DNA of 64,000 nt from Takakia lepidozioides (Eukaryota > Plantae > Bryophyta): positions 68,882,001 to 68,946,000 of the forward strand of contig CM060733.1 in NCBI GenBank assembly GCA_030704615.1. Reading direction: 5' to 3'. Shown in pieces: positions 11,417-22,809 of this stretch. The notes under the pieces are model-generated. The model ran no database searches. It had not been told where the DNA came from and worked only from the letters and a program-made list of their open reading frames with translations. Position 1 is the stretch's first letter. Each line of letters opens with the position of its first letter. Both the position numbers and the translations under genes were made by a program.

Positions 11417-14400
11417 GGGTTCTTGTAGCTATTGATCCACAGGGAATCATAGGTAATTTTGTGCTTGAAATCTGGCCCTCTTGGATGAATCTGGACTCAC
11501 ACTCTCTTTGCTCCTTCAGCTACACATGCCTCTGCACAAATCATGCATTCATCATTGCCTTGCTGCTAGTAGCTGACAATGACAGCCTAGATTTATTCTA
11601 GGAAACATCCAACTCAGCTTCTGACACTAGTTCCTATGCTGAATGCGTCTGCTAGTCTATGAAATGTAACAGGCATTCACCTTTTTGCCTCGGTTGTCCC
11701 ATCATTGACTAGGGCAGAACTTCTCCTCATATCTGTTACTTGTTTTTTGATACTTTCATGTTGTCACATTGGCAGTATCATGTCAAAGTCACTCCAAACT
11801 AGATTCACTCAACCAGCTAACTTGCAGAATTCAACATGGAAATTTAGGGCCGATTCTGATAAGAGGGAAAAACAAGGTGAAATGTGTTGAAGAAGATGCC
11901 TTCATTAGCAGTGTCTGATTTTATAAATTGTGCTGCTACTGCCAGTTGACCATCTACCCATGCAGGTTTGTTGTAGCTATAGAGTCAATCTGGAGCTTGA
12001 AGCCCGGCCCTCTTGGGTGAATCTACACCCACACTCTATCCCTGCTCCTTAAACTATCCATGCCTCTGCACAAATCATGCATATATCATTGCCTTGCTGC
12101 TAGCAGCTGATGATGACAGCCTAGATTTGTTCTTACACCCCAACCCTATTTGGAAAAACAGGCTGAAATGTGTTGAGGAAGGTGCCTTCATTAGCAACAC
12201 CTCATTCTATCAATTGTGTTGCCGCTACTGTTTCCACTTGCAACAATTGACCATCTACTCCAGTTGATTTCTTGTAGCTATTGATCCCTCAGCCTGAACC
12301 TGAACATGAATCTGGACCTCTATTGCCCGTGTACATATCATGAATACATCCCTCAGCCTTGCTGCTAGCAGCTGACAGTGACGGCGTGAAGTTCTTCCAG
12401 AAAACACCCCAACCTAGGACTTAACAGTAGTTCCAATTCTGAATTGCAATTGCTTCTCTCTGTAGACGAACAAGCACTCACCTTTTTGTCTCCATTGTCC
12501 CCCCACTAACTGGGGTCGGAAAGTGTTCATCCCAAAGCTTCTCTTCATCTTGTTATCTGTTTCTGGGTACTTTCCTGCTGCCACATCAGCAGTAACTTGT
12601 CAAAGTCACTCCAAACCACCCCACATCCACCCAACGAGCTAACTTATAGCATTCACTATGTATTCAGGGCTGGGTCTGATGAGAGGGCAAAATAGGCTGA
12701 AATAGGTCAAAGGAGAAGGTGCCCTCACCACATTGTCCTCGACCTTGTGTCATGACCCATGGAGGATTTGACTGACCATGCACCCAAGAGAACTTGTGTG
12801 TGCGAGGTGTGTGCTGCTTCCACAGGGAATTGTAGGCAATCTGGAGCTTGAAATCCGGCCCCCTTGGATGAATCTGGACCCACACTGCTCCCTGCTCCTT
12901 CAGCTATCCATGCCTCTGCACAAATCATGCATACATCCTTGCCTTGATGCTAGCAGCTGACAATAACACCCTAGAATTGCTCCAGCAAACACCCCAACCC
13001 TACTTATCACACTAGTTCCTATGCTGACTTGCGTCTGCTTCCAACAGACATTCACCTTTTTGCCTAGATTGGTCCACCATTGACTAGGGTCGGAACCGTA
13101 TTCATTCCAGAGCTTCTCCACATCTCTATTATCTGTTTTTCGATACTTTCATGTCTACCACATTGGCAGTAACATGTCAAAATCACTCCAACACCACCAT
13201 AGATCCACAAACGAGCTAACTTGTAGAATTCAACATTAAAATTTAGGGACTACTCTGATAGCAGGGGAAAACAGGGTGAAATATGTTGAAGAAGGTACCT
13301 TCATTAGCAGTGGGCCTTGTTCTATCAATTGTGCTACTGCCATTGCTGTTTCCAGTTGACCATCTACCCACTCGTAGCCGTTGTGCTATTGAAGAAGGTG
13401 CCCCCCCTTCCCCCATCATTTGATCATAGGTCTCCAAAGCCTCCATACCATGTCCCTGCTGTGCATACCCTGCAAGCATCACGTTCCATGACACCACATT
13501 TGGTTCAGCCATAGTGTTGAAAACTCCCTTCGCATCCTTAATGCACCCACATTTGGCATAGACGTCCACCAGGGGAGTGTTCAGGATGACATCTGGTACA
13601 ATTCCACCTTTGACGATATCACCATGGACCTCTTTCCCCTTTTCCAGAGGTCCCAGGCTTGCACACGCATTGCAAACATGCGCAAGCGTGATGTGGTTGG
13701 GCTTCACCCCTTTGCGCAGCATTTGCTCATAGGTCGCCAAAGCATTCCTACCACACCCATGCTTGGTAAATCCTGCCAACATTATATTCCACATGATCAA
13801 AGATCGCTGAGGCATTCTGTAGAAATCTTGGCGAGCATCCATGATGCTCCCACATGGATGCTCCCACACTTAACATACATGTTGACAAGGGTGTTGAGTA
13901 GAAAAAACATTTGGCATGAATCCACTTTGGATAATGTGAGTGTGCACCTAATTCCAGCTTCCAGACCTAGAGCCTTTGTCAGTCTACCTGCCTCACAAAG
14001 CATCTTCACATGCCCTGCAGAAAATGCATTGTGGACTCCCTCTCTTGATCCTCTTTCAGAAGCTGCGGTCATGGTTGAGGACGTGCCTGATTTTTTCAAC
14101 TGTGCCGCTGCAGCTGTTGCCTTTAGTTGACCATCTACCCATTTAGGTTTCTTGTAGCTATTGATCCACATGGAATCACAGGTAATCTGGAGCTTGAAGT
14201 CCGGCCCTCTTGGATGAATCTGGACCCACACTCTATCCCTTCTCCTTCAGCTATCCATGCCTCTGCACAAATCATGCATTCATCTTTGCCCTTGCTGCTA
14301 GCAGCTGACAACCTAGGAAACACCCAATCACACTAGTTCCTATGCTCAATTGCGTCTGCTACTCTCTGTCATCTAATAGGCATTCAACTTTTTGCCTCGG

Positions 14401-15800
14401 TTGTTCTACCATTCACTAGGGTCAACAAAGTATTCATTCCACACCTTCTCCTCATCTCTGTTATCTGTTTTGGATACTTTCCTGCTGCCACATCGGCAGT
14501 TACTTGTCATAGTAATTCCAAACCACCACAGATCCACCCAACGAGCCAACTTACAGAATTCAATATGCATCTCAAGGCCGAGTCTGATGCGAGGGCAAAA
14601 CAGGCTGAAATAGGTCAAAGAAGAAGGTGCCCTCACCACATTGTCCTTGACAATTCAATATGTAAATTCAGGGCCGAGTCTGATGAGAGGGAAAAACAGG
14701 CTGAAATAGGTCGAAGAAGAAAGGTGCCCTCACCACATTCTCCAAGGCCTCCATACCACGCCCCTGTTGTGCACACCCTGCAAGCATCGTGTTCGCATTC
14801 TGTTGAACACTTGGTGAGCATCCATGATGCCCCGCACATAACATACATGTTGACAAGGATGTTGAGTAGAAAAATATATGGCGTGAACTTGGATAATGTG
14901 AGTGTGCACCTGTTTTCTAGCTTCAAGGCCTTTCATCTTGATGCACTTATGCAAGAGACAGACATACGTATCTGAATCTGCTGAAATGCCTCCTTGGTTT
15001 AAAGTCAGTAGAGCCTCTTTCAGCTCACAAAGCATATTCACATGCCCATAAGTGCCAGAAGAGGCATTGTGGACTCCTCTCTTGATCCTCTTCCAGAAGC
15101 TGTGGTCATGGTTGAGGTGCCTGACTTTATCAACTGTGCCGCTGCAGCTGCTGCCTTTGGCGATGCAACCATGCACCTCTTTGCATCTGGTAATCTGACA
15201 GGCATTCACCTTGGTACAAGTCCAGCTCTGAAGATGTCGCCATGTGGACCTCTTTCCCCTTTTCCAAAGCTGCCAGGGCAGTGTTCAGATTGACATTTGG
15301 TACAATTCCAGCTTTGATGATATCCCCATGCACCTCTTTGCCCTTCTCAAGGCTGGCTGCTAGGCTTGCACAAGCATTGCGAATGCACACAAACGTGATG
15401 TGCTTCCCCCATCATTTGCTCATAGGTCTCCAAAGCCTCCATTCCACATCCCTGTTGTGCATACCCTGCAAGCACATCATATCGCACTCCACGACACCAC
15501 ATATCGTTCAGCCATAGTGTCGAACACTCCCTTTGCATCCTAGATGCACCCACCACATTTTGCAAACATGTCCACCATGGTATTGTTCAGAATGTCATCT
15601 GGTACAATTCGAGCTCTAAAGATGTCGCCATGCACCTCTTTCCCCATTTCCAAAGCTGCCAAGGCAGTGTTCAGATTGACATTTGGCACAATTCTAGCTT
15701 TGATGATATCCGCATGCACCTCTTGCCCTTCTCCAGGGCTGCCAGGCTTGCACGCACATTGCAAATGTACACAAACATGATGTGCTTCCCCCATCATTTG
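11417..15800 (-). pseudogene. Cluster of fragmented, tandemly re-duplicated PLS-PPR and OSB-type PDF-motif gene segments
   Basis: PPR motifs (LVDVYAKCGCIKDAKGVFNTMAEPNVVSWNVMLAGYAQQGHGMEALETYDQM) interleaved with repeated W..YF.DPSEWWDNRGKK / IHPRGPDFKHKITYDSLWINSYKNP segments; many stops and frameshifts. Confidence 0.8.
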
Positions 15801-16199
15801 ATTTTTTTGCTAGTGCTATGTAAGAATATTCTATGGTTTTGAAATATTGGCATGTGGTTTTTGGAATCTTTTCCAATGTAGCTCTTTTGGTATTCCGTAG
15901 CTGCCCTCGGTATACAAAGGCAGACAATGTGCAGGTTCCGGTGTAGGCTAGCCATACAGTTGTGGGTGGGCACATGACATGGGCTGATGAAAAGAGGGGT
16001 GGCACCAAACTTGCGTAATTAGGGCTTTCAGCCCTACAATTTCTCCCTACTCTAGCCCTTGTACCTAGCAGGTTTCGAGACCCTTTCGCCACCCGCCACA
16101 GGTCATTTACGGGTGAAGCGGGACTGTAGACCTTGCCATTATGGGCATAACCCTTTTAAATGTAGTTTGGGCTGGAAAGTACCGCATAGGGCCTCAATA

Positions 16200-17106
16200 A
16201 AAGCTGGAATAGATGTCATTCTGAACACTGCCCTAACCTAGACATGTATGCCAAATGTGGATGCATTGAGGATGCAAAGGGAGTTTTTGATTCTATGGCT
16301 GAACGAGATGTGGTGTTGTGGAGTGCGATGCTGGCAGGGTATGCACAACAGGGACGTGGGATAGAGGCTTTGGAGACCTATGATCAAATGATGGGGGAGG
16401 GGGTGAAGCCCGGCAACTTTGTGTGCATTTGCAATGCTTGTGCAAGATTGGCAGCCCTAGACAAGGGCAAAGAGGTGCATGGGGATATCATCAAAGCTGG
16501 AATTGTACCAAATGTCATTCTGAACACTGCCCTGGCAGCTCTGGAAAAGGGGAAAGAGGTCCATGGCGACATCTTCAGAGCTGGAATTGTACCAAACGTC
16601 ATTCTGAACCATACCCTGGTGGACATGTATGCGAAATGCGGGTGCATCGAGCCTGGACAAGGGCAAAGAGGTGCATGGGGCATCATCAAAGCTGGAATTG
16701 TACCAAACGTCATTATGAACATTGCCCTGGCAGCTCTGGAAAAGGGGAAAGAGGTCCATGGCGACATCTTCAGAGCTGGAATTGTACCAAATGTCATTCT
16801 GAACCATACCCTGGTGGACATGTATGCAAAATGTGGGTGCATCTAGGATGCAAAGGGAGACGTTCGACACTATGGCTGAACGAGATGTGGTGTCATGGAG
16901 TGCGATGTTTGCAGGGTATGCACGGCAGGGACGTGGGATGGAGGCTTTGGAGAGCTATGAGCAAAGGATGGGGGAAGCACATCATGTTTGTGTCATGCAT
17001 TTGCAATGCTTGTGCAAGCTTGGCAGCCCTGGAGAAGGGCAATAGGTGCATGGGGATATCATCAAAGTTGGAATTGTGCCAAATGTCAATCTGAACACTG
17101 CCCTGA
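16200..17106 (+). pseudogene. PLS-class PPR pseudogene fragment, interrupted by MULE copy 1 (continues at 30796-30945)
   Basis: MYAKCGCIEDAKGVFDSMAERDVVLWSAMLAGYAQQG... with internal duplications and stops; the sequence resumes after the element as ..LTALEKGKEVHGDIFRTGIVPDVILNNTLVNMFAKCGCI. Confidence 0.85.
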
Positions 17107-17345
17107 GGGGGTTGCTATTCCATGAGCTCATGAGCGGTGAGCTCATGAGCTCATGAGCGGGCATGGCTAACCCATGAGCCGCAAAGTAACACACTTCGAA
17201 TTTCGGCAGATTTTTTTCGGGCCAAAAACTATAAAATAATCAAAAATCGAAGATTTCCGCGCTCATGCTGGAAGTACTCCGCTCATGAGTACTAGTGTAC
17301 GCTCATGACTTGGAGCCCAGGCTCATGGACCGCCAGGCCAGGTCA
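17107..17345. repeat. Terminal region A with reiterated (GCT)CATGAG(C) motifs
   Basis: Multiple GCTCATGAGC / CATGAG units in both orientations; similar units at end B (30733-30782) and at both ends of copy 2. Confidence 0.85.
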
Positions 17346-17489
17346 TAGAATAACAGAATTCTGGGCAATAACGGCACCGAAATTATCCCAGAGGCAGAGA
17401 CGCAAGCGGAATTAGGATCCGGGTTTGCAGACTCCGAAAACGCAATGGCGACCTATAACCGTGGATAGTACTATTGCAGAAGTGCAGGA

Positions 17490-17840
17490 TGGTTGGTTAT
17501 AACGAGGCCGTAATTGGGAACAGGAAAAGAAATAGCGCGCTGAAGGCTCGGGAGTGAAGCCAACAACGGTGAAAGTAATTGGGCTCTGCCAACCAAATAC
17601 CCGGCTGCATCCTCCGGAATGCAGGCGATAACGGCGCCAAAATGGGCCCCGGAAACCAAATACTCGGCTGAAGCCACCGGAGAGCAGCCGATAACGGCGC
17701 CGAAATTGGGTCCGGAAACCAAATACCCGGCTGAAGGCTGGGGATTGCAACCAATAACGGCGCCGAAATTGACCTGCGGAAACAAAATTCTCGGCTGAAG
17801 CTTCCGCACTCCATGTAATAACGGCGCCGAAATTGGGCGT
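17490..17840. repeat. Subterminal ~63-bp tandem array carrying ATAACGGCGCCGAAATT
   Basis: Cores at 17632, 17695, 17758 and 17822 (spacing 63, 63, 64). Confidence 0.85.
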
Positions 17841-17955
17841 CGGAGAGCAAATACCCGCCTTACGGTGAGGGAGGCCTTGCTCTCATTTTGCTCTTCACTC
17901 TTCTCTGTTGTGCCCATGTCCTCCCTGCTTTGAGTTCGTGTTGTGTCGTGAGGCC

Positions 17956-18507
17956 ATGTCGTGCCCGAATCACATCTATCGACGCCAGACGGGAGTCATT
18001 TTCCCGAAAGCAGACGACATCATTGTCTTCCTGGATGTTTACAGGGAAGATCCTCGACTTGTCCAGCTGAGAGCAATGGAGTTTCTTCCAGGATTGCACG
18101 ACTCTCCTGGACCCCGGCTGGGGAGCAGGTGGTTCCTACGCATCATGGACCTGGACTTTCCGCATGTGTGGGAGCCGAACAGATCACGCACAGCGTTGCT
18201 GTATCGCTGGAATTGTTGCGAGTGGACGTATGATGAGTGCATAGGTGAAAACTTTACGCGTGGACGGACTGGCTCGGAAAGTGGGGACATTCTCTTCAGT
18301 TATGAGGATGAGGAGGAGGGGAACACAGGGCCCACTGTGAAAATGTCCTTCTACCAAGGGGGCGCTATCGATAAACACGACATCCTCGTTAGTTTCAACC
18401 GGGCGACAGAAACCACTGACATTTTGTTCAAATATAGGCACCCGGTCACTCAGGAGGTCCTTGAGAGGCCAGTTCGAGTTCCTTCTTCTTGGGCGAGGGG
18501 ACCATAG
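17956..18507 (+). CDS. Orphan 183-aa protein carried by the MULE (ORF3)
   Basis: ATG at 17956 to TAG; intact and the same length in copy 2 (46035-45484) with only about 3 amino-acid changes; no recognised domain. Confidence 0.55.
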   Translation: MSCPNHIYRRQTGVIFPKADDIIVFLDVYREDPRLVQLRAMEFLPGLHDSPGPRLGSRWFLRIMDLDFPHVWEPNRSRTALLYRWNCCEWTYDECIGENFTRGRTGSESGDILFSYEDEEEGNTGPTVKMSFYQGGAIDKHDILVSFNRATETTDILFKYRHPVTQEVLERPVRVPSSWARGP

Positions 18508-18963
18508 GTCTTGCATGCTAGAGTAGACATGTTTCAACTTGCTGACACTCATGGCACATACATTTTCATTCAGAAATCAAGCAGCTTCCCTGTGCCATAT
18601 GGGGAATATACAGGCTTCGATAATCTTCTGTTAATGTTATTTGCAATTCACTGCCAGTATGCTGGGACGTGTCCTTTGTCGTATGGATTGCTGTTTGCAC
18701 AAGGTGCAGTATGCAAATGCTGGAATGTGCAGTAGGACCCTTCCCACTGGGACACAGAACTAGCAATCTTGTAAAGGCATCACATTTGCAGAACAGTAAC
18801 AATGTATTTGTAGCAAATTGGAGTCTTCTCATAAAGGTGGACGAAATTCACATGTAGCCATGGCGATGCGGCACCACCAAGTGTATAATTCCTCACAAAA
18901 AAATAGGGTGCAAGAAGATGAATGTAATATAATTGCCACTAACTCCTTCCCGAATGTGGAATG

Positions 18964-21900
18964 TCAAGCAGTCCGACCAGTATCCTGCCGTAGGGCCTTG
19001 TGCAGCTCGTTGAAACTCAGTGTTGGAGCATGGATGAAGACGTCCACTGCGGATATGCAACTCATGCGCTTCATAAAAATGTAATAAAGGTGTTTGCAGG
19101 GGACGTATGCTGCATTCCTCGATTCCATAACAAGGAAGTCCTCACAGTTACAAGCTGGGTACTGTGAAACCGTGATTGCATACACGACACTGCGCGCAGC
19201 AGACCCGGCTGTTGACAACTGAAATATGCGCCCCATCCCGGGGTGAGGAACATCCCTGCAACCTTGCACTATGCAGGGCATTGCAAGAGCGTTGGCCATC
19301 CTGGTGTCGTTCGCCTTTGTTGGTGGCCGCCGTCTTTTCAGTTTACCCCACCGATGGGTGGGCCAAGCTGCGGGGTCACCCACCGGTATGCGGGGCGAAG
19401 AGCTTCTCGTGGGAGGAGGATGACGATTGGGAATTGGATTTCGTGGAACGTCTGTCCTCTCCACCAGTCGAAACCCTGCACTTCCTAGAGCGTCTGCCTC
19501 CTCCAGGGTAAGATCTGTACCACTTGCCACAGGCCAGACTGCCGGTGGTTCAGGCATGCCTTGTACACCATACTTGGGCTTGCCGAACACACACGACATG
19601 ATGTCGTGCCTGCAGAACCAAAACTCCTTCAGTGTGGCCTCCACAAACTTTGCGCACACAAATCTCCCTGTGAAGCAAGGGGCAGGCACACCGCCCTGCG
19701 GGCTCCTCCGAATCATCTCATTGCATCTCTGGTTGGTGTCGACACGAACAGCACAACATTTGCCACGAAATGTCGGACGGGTCCGTGCAATTCTCCACTG
19801 CGAGGCCGACACATCTCGCTCCACGATTGGAATGTTGTATTGGGTAACGAAAACAGGAGCAGAATGCCCATCCTCGGCATGTTGTCCCGAGTCTGGCAGC
19901 GATTCCATGGATGCTGCAGGAGAGGGGGTACGAGTCCTGCTTCGTGGAGGCGTGGGACGCAACATCGTTGCGCCCCGAGGTTGAGTGCGGATGTTCATAT
20001 CTGATCTCCATGAATCCCCATCCCCTCCGGGCATGTCCTCAATTCTTCTCTTCACCGGCCGGCTGCGGACATCGCCCTCCAGGCAGTTCCCCCGACTGTG
20101 TAACGGCGTTGACCTTATAGTTTCCCGCAATGCAGCAGTCCATTTTTTGGGATCGGTCGAACGATGCGCCGCCCTCATCAGCATCTCCTGCCTGTCTGGT
20201 CCGATACCCCATTGCTTTCCTCCCAGAAACTGGTAGTAATGAGATTGTTGCATGATGGCCCTCACAATATCTTCTGTTGTTGCTGTCAACATGTCAACGA
20301 GATGTGCTGCAGAGGAAGCACGCCAGGAAGAGTGCACCGATTCGGCCATGTTCGTCGTCGGCATATCCGTGTCATCCTCCAAGCTCATGTCCTGTTGAAG
20401 GAAATTAGATATGTCACTGATTGTGGAGAATGTCCAAGCACAAAACAGAACAATTGTCAAGTACAGAAATGTGTTACCTGTCTCATGTAGTCTCCAAACT
20501 GGCGGAATCTATAATGCCACCACGCAAGCCACGTTTGCAGTTCTGGCTGATCTTTCACATCCACTGCCCCTGAAGACACCCACCAGGCGCGTATGGTTGC
20601 AAACTCGGTCTCCGCCTCGTCGATGGAATTCGCATTTTTCCACGCTAGGCACATACTGATATGATCCTGCCGGTGGCGTGACGCCACGAACCTTTTCGTG
20701 TTTTGCGTCAAACTCTGCATGAAGTGGAACCCGCAAGATCTCTCCTTTCCTTCCATTGGAGTCTTTGGGTCGTCCCCATATACCCTCCTAACTGCAGCCC
20801 AGTTTGCCTGGGCATTGTCAGCCATGAAGCCCCTAAAATCGGGAGGGGGCAACTTGGCTCTCGCCATTTGCTCATTAATGCCGCGCCACATATGCAACTC
20901 CGAATCTGTGTCTTCTCCCTTCATTTCGCAGATAGCAATGGTCATCAACTTTCTGCAATGTGGGTCGTATACATGTGCCCCCATTGTCACCCAATCGTGG
21001 TTGGTAATTCGCCGGATGTGGTCAAACATGACCCAACAATTTGAGAGGTCTCCACTGGTCATCCGCTTCACCAAATCGACGCCGCTCCCCGGTCCGCACG
21101 TTGACATCTTAAATATGAAGCACCTGTCCATCTCCGAGCCTTGACCAGGAAAGAAGCTGCCTTGGATGAAGTCGTAGCCGCATGTGCGTTTCACTTCCAA
21201 GATGGAGTGCATGTCTGATCCTCTTCCGATTCGTTTCTTGCAGCTGACAATGTGGTTCCTGACATTGGGGCTGCACACATGGGAGACAGCTTCCAGCAGG
21301 TCCTTCATGTCCCCCTCGCCCAGCTTCTCTCTTGTGCTTCCGTCCTCCGACATTATTCTGCCAATTGCAATCCTATGTGCCGATGCGAGCTGTATCTGCT
21401 TTGGTTTTGCACCCGGCCTCAACCTCACCTCCTCCTTGATAATATCCTGGGCTTGTTGAAAAGCGACTCTGCAATTGCCTCTGGCGAGGGGGTGCTCATG
21501 CTTTCCGATGTGAATGCATGCTCTGGTGCACGCTGGGCCGACGGTCCCGACGTAGTACTGCTTGGCGTTGCACACTGCCATGCACGTAGGGGCTGCGTTG
21601 CAATGGGCACACTTGAACGTCCCTGCAGGAACTCTACCTTGAGGCCAAAATGGGGTCGACGAATTGCCAATCCAGTCAGTCTCATTCCTGGTGCCTTTGC
21701 TAGTGTAATGGTAACATGTGCTCGAGAAACATTTAAGATGCCCAGCACACAATACATATCTCACTCGAACTCCATCACCCAGGTTGGACGATGAAGTTTT
21801 GGTGACACACCAAGGGTGGCCGTCATGTTTCCTGTTCATTCCTGCGAGCATGCCGTCTGGGCCTGCGCCTGCCGGCACTGGAGGGAACTCGTAGATAGCA

Positions 21901-22562
21901 TTCCCATCCACAACATCAGGCAAAAATTCCACAGAATGGATTGGAGTTTTGTCGTAATCAAGCCTAAGAAGGTCACTGGAGCGGGAACCCGTTGTCTTCA
22001 TCCTCCGCAATATGTCGATTACTGAGCGGACGGAAGTTGAGTCGGACGGTGTATGCTGAACACTCCTAGTGACGGACGACTTCGAAACATACGATGGAAG
22101 GACCATACAGTCTTCATCGTCACTGGATAAGTCCTGGACGACTGTTTCCCTGTTTTCCTGGATTTCCCTTTTCACATGTTTGGGCTTCTCTGCTTGTGAA
22201 GAGGTGCCCACATCCTTCACATCTTGCACCCCAGACCCTCTTGTGGAAGGAGGATCAACCAAGTTCCAGCGTGGGAACTCTTTAGGCACGATTTCACCAA
22301 TGGCACTGTACCGGATGGATTCAGAAGCTGGGAGCCGCCACTCTTTGCCTTTTCCGAAATCTGCATGCAGAATGACGGCACTTTCCAGAAAATTTCCATA
22401 AGCATCCTTCGTCTCCTCTTCCAAAAACACCGTTCCAGGGCGGAGCCCGAACTTCACACACAAGTACTGCTCAGTGACAATCGCAAATCCTTGGTCGCAG
22501 GGTATTTTAGCTTTCAGAGAATCAGGATGGAAGTACACGTTGACCCAAACACGGGAGTCCAT
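18964..22562 (-). CDS. MULE transposase (~1170 aa): GCM/WRKY-like Zn domain, DDE core, SWIM finger; 2 exons (22562-20478, 20391-18964)
   Basis: VMFDHIRR (D), GFMADNAQA (D), CGFHFMQS (CxxH), TTNMAESVHS (E); SWIM CNCEDF..CKHLYY; N-terminal DGHPW..CAGHLKC..C..CAHC..C..IHIGKHEHP; an 86-nt GT-AG intron joins the two ORFs in frame; apparently intact. Confidence 0.92.
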
Positions 22563-22809
22563 TTTGAAGACGGGACCTCTCGGTACGCTCCGCAGCGAAG
22601 TCCTGCAATGAGAAGAGTGTGTCCTACCTAATAACACAAATGATTTTCTGGAGGATTCCGTATCCAACATGATGGGTGATCAGTGCACGTAAAGATGAAG
22701 GTGTGTAACGTACGTTAAAAAAACGGACGAAAACAGCAAGTTCACATCGGATATTTGGTGCCTGAATTGTAATGTACAACCACTTGGGGTACAATAAATC
22801 AGGCCTTCC

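Noticed and set aside
13243-16846. Functional PPR editing-factor genes
   Set aside because: Only short fragments with stops, frameshifts and scrambled duplications; no E/DYW domain seen.
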